The position numbers and the translations under genes were made by a program. The notes beneath the pieces were generated by a model. That model was not told the DNA's origin. It did no database searches and saw only the letters and a program-made list of their open reading frames with translations. A stretch of 64,000 nt of DNA from Candidatus Lindowbacteria bacterium RIFCSPLOWO2_12_FULL_62_27 (GTDB lineage Bacteria > Lindowbacteria > 2-12-FULL-62-27), in NCBI GenBank assembly GCA_001784175.1, contig MFPR01000020.1:186001-250000 (forward strand), read 5' to 3'. This document shows, piece after piece, positions 57,188 to 64,000 of this stretch (the first letter of the stretch is position 1; every line of letters begins with the position of its first letter).

Positions 57188-57949
57188 ATGATCAGTCTGG
57201 CCATGATAGCAAAGAATGAGGAGAAACGGATCGAGCGGGCGATTCGCAGTGTGCAGGGGTGCATCGATGAGATCGTGGTGGTGGACACGGGATCCGTGGA
57301 TGGCACGCGTGAAATCGCGCGGAAGTTGGGCGCCGAAGTCCTGGAACATCCATTCCGAGGTGATTTTTCGGAGGCCCGGAATGTGAGTCTGTCCGGGTGC
57401 CGCGGGGATTGGATACTGGTTCTGGACGCCGACGAGTTTTTTCCGCTTTCCCCGAAAGTGATGCTGGAAGCGGCCGTGGAGGAGAGCGTCGGCGGTGCGC
57501 CGAACTGCTACAAGGGCTATTATCTTCTGCGGCACAATTACGAGGAAACCGGGCAGGCGGTGACCTACAGCGATTATGTGCTGAGGTTGTTTCGAAACCG
57601 TCCGGGCGTGGCGTTCCGGCACCGGGTGCATGAGACGCTGGAGGAGAGCCTGGATCTCATCGAAGGCAAATACACGCACGTTTCCGCCATGCCGATCTCG
57701 CATTATCTGTACGAGCGCGAAGCCGTGTATCTGGACACGAAGCACGAGCGTTACGTGGAGGGCCTGAAGAAGGACATTGCGGATAATCCCGCGGACGCCG
57801 GCCGATACGATTTTCTGGGTTGCGAATACGCGCGGCTGGGCCGGCTGGAAGAGGCGGAAGGCGCGTTTCGGACCCTGCTGAGCCTGCAACCGGGGCATCC
57901 CGGCGCGATGGAATCCCTGGCGCTGGTCCTACGATTGAAAACCGGTTAA
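57188..57949 (+). CDS. Glycosyltransferase family 2 with C-terminal TPR
   Basis: MIAKNEE, VDTGSVDGT, DFSEARN, LDADE, RVHE. Confidence 0.92.
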   Translation: MISLAMIAKNEEKRIERAIRSVQGCIDEIVVVDTGSVDGTREIARKLGAEVLEHPFRGDFSEARNVSLSGCRGDWILVLDADEFFPLSPKVMLEAAVEESVGGAPNCYKGYYLLRHNYEETGQAVTYSDYVLRLFRNRPGVAFRHRVHETLEESLDLIEGKYTHVSAMPISHYLYEREAVYLDTKHERYVEGLKKDIADNPADAGRYDFLGCEYARLGRLEEAEGAFRTLLSLQPGHPGAMESLALVLRLKTG

Positions 57950-57961
57950 CTCAAATTCGAA

Positions 57962-58984
57962 TCAAGTAAGGCAGGGCTTGGGCAGGCCCTCCTGCTGGAG
58001 GACGAAATCGCAGATGGCCTGGAGCGATGCGATCGCCGGGCCGGATTCGGGGTCGCGCTGGGCCGTCAGCAGATCACGGGCCTCGGCCAGAAACGTATCG
58101 GCCTCCCGGAGGCTGCGCGGAATGATGTCGTTCTGGTTGAGGTGGTCGGTGAGTGTTGCGCGCGCCTGCGGCGAGAGGTTGTGATGGGCGGCGAGGTCGC
58201 CGATGTCGGGTGCTGCGCCTGATTCCATCAGCAGAATCGCCGGGAGGGTCATCTTGCCCTCCGCCAAATCCTGAAAGACCGGTTTGCCGAGGTGATTTTC
58301 GGAGGCGGTGTAATCGAGGATGTCGTCAATCATCTGGAACGCAACGCCGAATTGCCAGCCGAACTTCCTAAATACCTGCCGACGTTCCACCGGGACCCGT
58401 GCGGCTTCGGCGCCGACCTCGGCGCAGGCGGCGAAGAAGTCGGCTGTTTTTTTCGAGATGATCTCCATATAAATTTCGCGCCGGCTGCGAGTTTCGGGTG
58501 ACATGAGGACCTGCATGAGTTCTCCGTGGGCCATCCCGACGGTGGTGCGGGTCACGACCTGGACGGTGTGATGGGAACCGAACCGGTTAAAGATGTCGAT
58601 GGCGGTGGCGTAGAGGTAATCGCCGACGAGGACAGCGGTTTTGTCAGTGAAGAGTTCGTGGAGTGTCTGGTGGCCTCGGCGCTGGTAGGCGCCGTCGACC
58701 ACATCGTCGTGGATGAGGGTGGCGATGTGCATGAGTTCAATGGCGGCCGCCTGTTCGATGACGTCCTGGGGCGTTTCGGCGCGCGCCGCCCGGCAGGCGT
58801 GGTTGACGAGGAGGGTGATGGCGGGCCTCAGTCGTTTGCCCATGCTGCGGAATGCGCCAAATTCGCGTGGAAAGGGATCGAGCGCTTCCTCCACGATTCC
58901 CCTCAGCCTTCCATCCACGCGCTTGATATCTTCGGCGATCGGTTTATAAATTTCAGCCAAGCTCACAGCGGTTTTCGGATCCAC
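57962..58984 (-). CDS. Polyprenyl diphosphate synthase
   Basis: GKRLRP, LIHDDVVD..RRG, KTA, FQMIDDILD, DLAEGKMTLP. Confidence 0.95.
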   Translation of the reverse strand: MDPKTAVSLAEIYKPIAEDIKRVDGRLRGIVEEALDPFPREFGAFRSMGKRLRPAITLLVNHACRAARAETPQDVIEQAAAIELMHIATLIHDDVVDGAYQRRGHQTLHELFTDKTAVLVGDYLYATAIDIFNRFGSHHTVQVVTRTTVGMAHGELMQVLMSPETRSRREIYMEIISKKTADFFAACAEVGAEAARVPVERRQVFRKFGWQFGVAFQMIDDILDYTASENHLGKPVFQDLAEGKMTLPAILLMESGAAPDIGDLAAHHNLSPQARATLTDHLNQNDIIPRSLREADTFLAEARDLLTAQRDPESGPAIASLQAICDFVLQQEGLPKPCLT

Positions 58985-59071
58985 GTTGGAAGGGCACCTT
59001 ACAAATGAAAGCGGCTGAAATCAAGCCCAATCGAACATTGAACGCCGGCCGGAGTATGATAAAAAAATGGT

Positions 59072-60964
59072 GTGAAGGAAGAGGGAGAGGCGAGGAACCG
59101 GCCGGCGTCGGAGACGCCGGCACTTGGGGCGCCGGAGGCGCTGATCCGGAATTTCTGCATCATTGCGCACGTCGATCACGGCAAGTCGACGCTGGCCGAT
59201 CGCATCCTTGAAAAGACGGGCGCGGTGTCGAAGCAGAAAATGCGGGACCAGTTCATGGACCAGCTCGACATCGAGCGCGAGCGGGGGATCACGATCAAGG
59301 CGGCCGCGGCGCGTCTTCGCTACAGCGCGAGGGATGGGCGTGTCTACCAATTGAACCTGATCGACACGCCGGGCCACGTCGATTTTTCGTACGAGGTGTC
59401 GCGGAGCCTGGCGGCCTGCGAGGGTGCGGTCCTGGTGGTGGACGCGACGCAGGGCGTGGAGGCGCAGACCGTGTCGAATTTTTTCCTCGCCCGGGAAAAC
59501 GGCCTGACGATCCTCCCGGTCCTCAACAAGTGCGATCTCCCCCAGGCGGATCCCGCGCGGTCGGCCGGCCAGCTCAAGGAACTCGGCGTGGATACGAGGA
59601 ACCTTTTGAGAGTAAGCGCGAAGACCGGGTCGGGCGTGGATGATCTCTTGGAGCGCATCGTGCGTGTTTTTCCGAATCCGCGGCGGGCGCTGGAAGGGCA
59701 GGACATATTACAGGCGTTGATCTTCGATTCACACTACGACAATTTTCGCGGGGTACTGGCCTATGTGCGGATTTTCAGCGGGCGGTTGAAGGCGAACGAC
59801 CGCGTGCGGTTGATGGCGGCCGGGGTCGAGTCGGTGGTGACGGAGGTGGGAGTGTTTTCCCCGAGTCCCTTGCGCGTGGGCGGGCTGTCGACCGGCGAAG
59901 TCGGATACGTGGCGGGCGGCTGGAAGACGCTGACGGAGGTGGAGGTGGGCGACACGCTGACGCGCGCGGCCGGCGCCCGCGTGGAGGCGCTGCCGGGCTA
60001 CCGGCGGATCAAGCCGATGGTGTATGCGAGCCTGTTTGCGTCGGAGGGCGAGAACTACGAGGCGTTGAAGGTGGCGCTGGAGAAGCTGTCGCTGAATGAT
60101 TCAGCGCTGACGATCGAGCCGGAGGTTTCGGACGCGCTGGGCTTCGGCTTCAAATGCGGCTTTCTGGGTCTTCTTCACATGGAGATTGTGTCGGAGCGCC
60201 TGTCGCGGGAGCTTGGGATCGAGACGTTGCTCGCGACGCCGACCGTCGTGTACCGCGCGAAGGTCCGGTCGGGCGACGGCGTGGTGCGCTGGGAGGAGGT
60301 GCGGAGCGCGTCGGAGCTCCCGGGCTTGGACCGGCTGGAGGAGATAGAGGAGCCGCGGATCAAGTCTCTGATTTTCACGCCGACGGAGAGCGTCGGTCCG
60401 GTGATGCAGCTTCTGGACGAGCGGCGCGGGAAACTGCAGGAGATGAATTATCTGGACCCGCAGAAAGTGATATTGACGTATGATCTGCCACTGTCCGAAG
60501 TGATCACGGATTTTTACGACCGCCTGAAGTCTCTCACGCACGGGTTCGCGTCCTTCGACTATGAGCCGGCCGGCTACGCCGCCGCCGAGATGCGGAAGCT
60601 GGAGGTGCTGTTGAACGGCAAGGAGGTGGACGCGCTTTCGCTGATCGTCCACAAGGACGACGCCTACCGTGTCGCCAAGTCGGTGGCTCAGCGGCTGACC
60701 GAGTCGATCCCGCGCCAGCTTTTTGAAGTGGTGGTCCAGGTCGCGTCGAACGGGCGAATCATCGCAAGGGATACGATCCGGCCCATGCGGAAACACGTCA
60801 CGGCCAAGTGCTACGGCGGGGACATCACGCGCAAGCGGAAGCTCCTGGAGAAACAGAGAGAGGGCAAGAAGAAGATGAAGATGATCGGCGCCGTGGAGGT
60901 TCCCAAGGAGGCGTTCCTGTCGCTCATGCGGATCGGCCGGTCGGAACCGCCGGGTCGGGGTTGA
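59072..60964 (+). CDS. lepA: Elongation factor 4
   Basis: IRNFCIIAHVDHGKSTLADR, CGFLGLLHMEI, KCYGGDITRKRKLL. Confidence 0.98.
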   Translation: MKEEGEARNRPASETPALGAPEALIRNFCIIAHVDHGKSTLADRILEKTGAVSKQKMRDQFMDQLDIERERGITIKAAAARLRYSARDGRVYQLNLIDTPGHVDFSYEVSRSLAACEGAVLVVDATQGVEAQTVSNFFLARENGLTILPVLNKCDLPQADPARSAGQLKELGVDTRNLLRVSAKTGSGVDDLLERIVRVFPNPRRALEGQDILQALIFDSHYDNFRGVLAYVRIFSGRLKANDRVRLMAAGVESVVTEVGVFSPSPLRVGGLSTGEVGYVAGGWKTLTEVEVGDTLTRAAGARVEALPGYRRIKPMVYASLFASEGENYEALKVALEKLSLNDSALTIEPEVSDALGFGFKCGFLGLLHMEIVSERLSRELGIETLLATPTVVYRAKVRSGDGVVRWEEVRSASELPGLDRLEEIEEPRIKSLIFTPTESVGPVMQLLDERRGKLQEMNYLDPQKVILTYDLPLSEVITDFYDRLKSLTHGFASFDYEPAGYAAAEMRKLEVLLNGKEVDALSLIVHKDDAYRVAKSVAQRLTESIPRQLFEVVVQVASNGRIIARDTIRPMRKHVTAKCYGGDITRKRKLLEKQREGKKKMKMIGAVEVPKEAFLSLMRIGRSEPPGRG

Positions 60965-62664
60965 TGATTCAGGGAGGCGGCGGCCGGCGGCTGTTCGACC
61001 CGTCGCTCAGAATTGGGATTGCGGCCTTCGGGGTGCTGGTGGGGTTTGCGTTCCTGTTCATCCGGCTTGGGTATCTCCAGCTCGGCCCGGAGTCGGACCG
61101 GCTGGCGAACGAGACCCGGCGCGTGTGGATGAACATGTTCGTTCAGCCGCAGCGAGGCCGGATCCTGGACCGCGAGGGCCGGATCCTCGCGGCGAGCATT
61201 GAATGCAAGTCGCTCTATGCGCATCCAACAAAAGTCAAAGAGAAGAACCGGCTGGCGCTACTCCTGGCGAAACATGAACTGGAGTCTTTGGAAGAGAGCC
61301 TGGAGCGGCTGTCGTCCAGGAGCGCGTTTGTGTGGTTGAGCCGGGGGATCGACAAGGAGCGGTGGGACAAGATCAAAGGGGAATTTGCGAAGATCGAAGG
61401 GATCGGCGCGCTGCCGGAATGGCGCCGGCGCTATCCGCTGGGCGCCGTGGGCGCCAACGTTCTCGGATTTGTCGGCGCGGACGGGCACGGACTTGCGGGC
61501 GTCGAATACACGATGGACGGCGAGCTGTCGGGAGAGCCGGGGAGCCTGAGGGTTGAGATCGGCGACCACGGGATGCCCGTGATCCGCGACGCGGCGGGCC
61601 GCGACAATCCGGTGTTCAAGGGCCGGGACGAGACGCTGACGATCGACGCGTACGTGCAGGAGGCGACGGACCAGGCGCTGTCGTCGACCGTGGAGCGTTT
61701 CGAAGCCGCCGGCGGGAGCGTGGTGGTGACGGACGCGCGCGGGGGAGAGATCCTGGCGATGGGATCGTATCCGACGTTCGATCCGAACCGTTTTACGGAG
61801 TATCATCCGGCGCAGTACCGGAACCTGGCCGTGAACGCGATGTTCGAGCCGGGCTCGACGTTCAAGATCGTGACGATTTCGGTTCTGTGCGCGGACCATC
61901 CGGCGGCGCTGGCGGACCATTATTTTTGCAATGGCTACATCAAGATTCCGGGCGTGCCGCACGGCATCCGGTGTTATGCGTCGCACGGGCCACTGACGTT
62001 CCGGACGGCCGTGGAGGCGTCGTGCAACGTGGGGATCATCCGTGCGGCCCAGCGTATTCCGCAGGAATCGTTCTACCGGGCGGTGCAATCCTTCGGATTC
62101 GGAATTCCCTCCGGCGTGGAATTGCCGGGAGAGGAGAAGGGCCTCTTGAGGAAGCCGTACCGGTGGTCGCTGTCGTCGCAGACATCGATGTCGATCGGTC
62201 ACGAAGTGGGTGTGACGAACCTGCAGATCGCGATGGCGATGGGGGCGATCGCGAACGGCGGGCGGCTGATGAAACCTGCGTTGATCCGCCGTCCCGGCGC
62301 CGGTCCCCGCCTGGTCCGGCAGGCGATGCGACCGGAAGTGGCGTACCAGGTTCGCGATTTTCTGGTTTCTGCCGTGGAAGGCGAGATGGGGACAGGGAAG
62401 AAGGCCAAAGTGCCGGGGGTGCGGGTGGGCGGCAAGACCGGCACGGCGATGGTGCCGGACCCGAAGGTTGGGGGGTATGATCCGAACCGTTTTATTTCCT
62501 CCTTTGTCGGCTTTTTTCCGGCCGAATCGCCGCGGTACGTGATTTCGGTGGTGATTCACGAGCCGGCCCCGGGCATCGGGCATTTCGGCGGAGATGTGGC
62601 GGCGCCCGCATTTTCGAAAGTGGGGACGGCGCTTCTCAAGCTGATCGTCCCGCCGCGGACATGA
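60964..62664 (+). CDS. Class B penicillin-binding protein (FtsI-like)
   Basis: RGRILDR, RRYP, EPGSTFK, SCN, KTGT; single N-terminal TM helix. Confidence 0.9.
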   Translation: MIQGGGGRRLFDPSLRIGIAAFGVLVGFAFLFIRLGYLQLGPESDRLANETRRVWMNMFVQPQRGRILDREGRILAASIECKSLYAHPTKVKEKNRLALLLAKHELESLEESLERLSSRSAFVWLSRGIDKERWDKIKGEFAKIEGIGALPEWRRRYPLGAVGANVLGFVGADGHGLAGVEYTMDGELSGEPGSLRVEIGDHGMPVIRDAAGRDNPVFKGRDETLTIDAYVQEATDQALSSTVERFEAAGGSVVVTDARGGEILAMGSYPTFDPNRFTEYHPAQYRNLAVNAMFEPGSTFKIVTISVLCADHPAALADHYFCNGYIKIPGVPHGIRCYASHGPLTFRTAVEASCNVGIIRAAQRIPQESFYRAVQSFGFGIPSGVELPGEEKGLLRKPYRWSLSSQTSMSIGHEVGVTNLQIAMAMGAIANGGRLMKPALIRRPGAGPRLVRQAMRPEVAYQVRDFLVSAVEGEMGTGKKAKVPGVRVGGKTGTAMVPDPKVGGYDPNRFISSFVGFFPAESPRYVISVVIHEPAPGIGHFGGDVAAPAFSKVGTALLKLIVPPRT

Positions 62665-64000
62665 GGCCGGGGAATACGGAGGCGCTCCGCCGGAACCATC
62701 CGGAGTTGCTGGCGCTGCTGGAACAGACCGCGCCGCTGACCACCGCGCATCTTGAGCCGAGCCGTCGCGGGCCGGAGACGCTCGTCTGGACGGACACCGG
62801 CGGCCGGCGGCGTTTTTTGCACAGCCAGGTCGATCCGGTCGAGGAGGCGCGGAAGCTGGCGGCGGCCGCGATTGCGCCGGGCATGACGCGCGCGCTGGTG
62901 GTCGGGCACGGCGCCGGCCACGAACTGCGCGCGCTCGCGGCCCGGGTGGGTGAAGTGTGGGTGCTGGCGGCGAACGCGCCGCTTCTGCGGCTCCTGTGCG
63001 ACCAAACGGATCTCTCGGACATTTTTTCCAATCCTGCCGTGCGCTGGATCTTTGGCCGGCCCTCGAACATGGCGCGGCAGATGGCGGAGTTGATGAAGGA
63101 TTTGTCCGGCCGGGAGGGCGAGATCGCCGTGGTGATCCATCCCCCGTTTGTGGAGACCGTCCCGGAGGAATTCTCGTCGGTGGTGGACGTCGTTCGAAAA
63201 ATTCAGAGCGGCCGGGAGACGGAGGAGGAGTTGCGGCCGGTGGCGGCCGGGAATTTCCGGCGGAACCTGCCGGCGCTGGCGGCTCCGGGCGTTTCGAGCC
63301 TGTTTGGTCTGGCGCGAGGCCGACCTGTGGTGGTGGCCGGCGCGGGGCCGTCGCTGGACGACGCGATCGAGCCGCTGCGGGGGTTGTATTCATTTGCGTA
63401 TCTCATCGCCGTGGACACGGTGGCGGAAGGGCTGGCGGAGATGGACATGCCCGCAGACCTGATCGTGAGTCTGGATCCGCGCCCGGATTCGATGATTCAT
63501 TTTCACTCCCGTGCGGACCGGCCGAGCCGCCCGGAGATTCTGGTGTTCACGCCGATCACGTATCCCGACATTGTGCGGGCATTTGAAGGCCGCCGGATGG
63601 TGGCCATTCCCCGGCGGCATTTTTTTTTGCATCCGATTGAAGCGGACCTGTCGTGCAAGGGTCTATTGCGGAGCGGTGGGAGCGTATCGATTCTGGCCGC
63701 ATCATTGGCCGCCGCGATGACGCCGGCCTATGTATGCCTGGCCGGTGTTGACTTTCAGGCGCGCCCGCGCCATTTGTACAGCCGCCTGTCATCGTATCTG
63801 CGTCGCGCGCGTGCGGAGTTGAGCCGGGTTTCGAGTTTCGAGAACGTCGAGCACGATTTTCTGTCCAAGGAACTTAGAAAAACGCCGACCCAGTCCACCG
63901 CGCCGAGGTTGGAGCATTACGCCTCGGATTTCCGGTTGATGCTGAGAGAAACGCCCGTGCCGTTCTACACGCTGGGCCCGTCCCTGGAAGGCGTGCGTCG
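62661..64000 (+). CDS. Motility-associated factor (Maf)/DUF115 family protein, partial at window end
   Basis: Manual translation from ATG 62661: FLHSQVDPVEEA, VVGHGAGH, NFRRNL, VVVAGAGPSL, IAVDT, PADLIVSLDP, GGSVS, LAGVDF; no stop seen before 64000. Confidence 0.85.
   Translation, partial: MRPGNTEALRRNHPELLALLEQTAPLTTAHLEPSRRGPETLVWTDTGGRRRFLHSQVDPVEEARKLAAAAIAPGMTRALVVGHGAGHELRALAARVGEVWVLAANAPLLRLLCDQTDLSDIFSNPAVRWIFGRPSNMARQMAELMKDLSGREGEIAVVIHPPFVETVPEEFSSVVDVVRKIQSGRETEEELRPVAAGNFRRNLPALAAPGVSSLFGLARGRPVVVAGAGPSLDDAIEPLRGLYSFAYLIAVDTVAEGLAEMDMPADLIVSLDPRPDSMIHFHSRADRPSRPEILVFTPITYPDIVRAFEGRRMVAIPRRHFFLHPIEADLSCKGLLRSGGSVSILAASLAAAMTPAYVCLAGVDFQARPRHLYSRLSSYLRRARAELSRVSSFENVEHDFLSKELRKTPTQSTAPRLEHYASDFRLMLRETPVPFYTLGPSLEGVR

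Overview
High-GC bacterial chromosomal window, mostly housekeeping genes: def, htpX, fabF, mrcB-like PBP, glyoxylate shunt aceB-aceA, parAB/rsmG with two parS sites, typA, nadE, a murA-flgFGAHIJ block, a short rho, rpmE-prfA-prmC, pdxJ-glmS-mnmE-mnmG, moeA, lepA, an ftsI-like PBP and a Maf/DUF115 gene running off the right end. Accessory content: an intact IS1182-like element (18-bp TIRs, 5-bp TSD), two small toxin-antitoxin pairs and dispersed palindromic repeats, several in frame inside genes. The best candidate for an undescribed system is at 7.26-10.3 kb. An (ACAG)7 microsatellite fills the spacer of a TTGACA/TATAGT promoter, upstream of a secreted protein ending in a MepA-like metallopeptidase motif set and a coupled secreted FIMAH-like partner, with a lower-GC segment across their junction. 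Other notable signals: a 180-bp, mostly synonymously diverged duplication of the prmC 3' end bracketing a ~355-bp inverted-repeat mini-element; a secreted amidohydrolase between putative starch-binding modules beside a Crp/Fnr gene and a TGTCA-N6-TGACA box; a ParE-like toxin with ATA in place of its start codon; and an apparent GC-skew switch at parAB with no dnaA in the window. All calls come from reading motifs by eye; no searches or computations were run.
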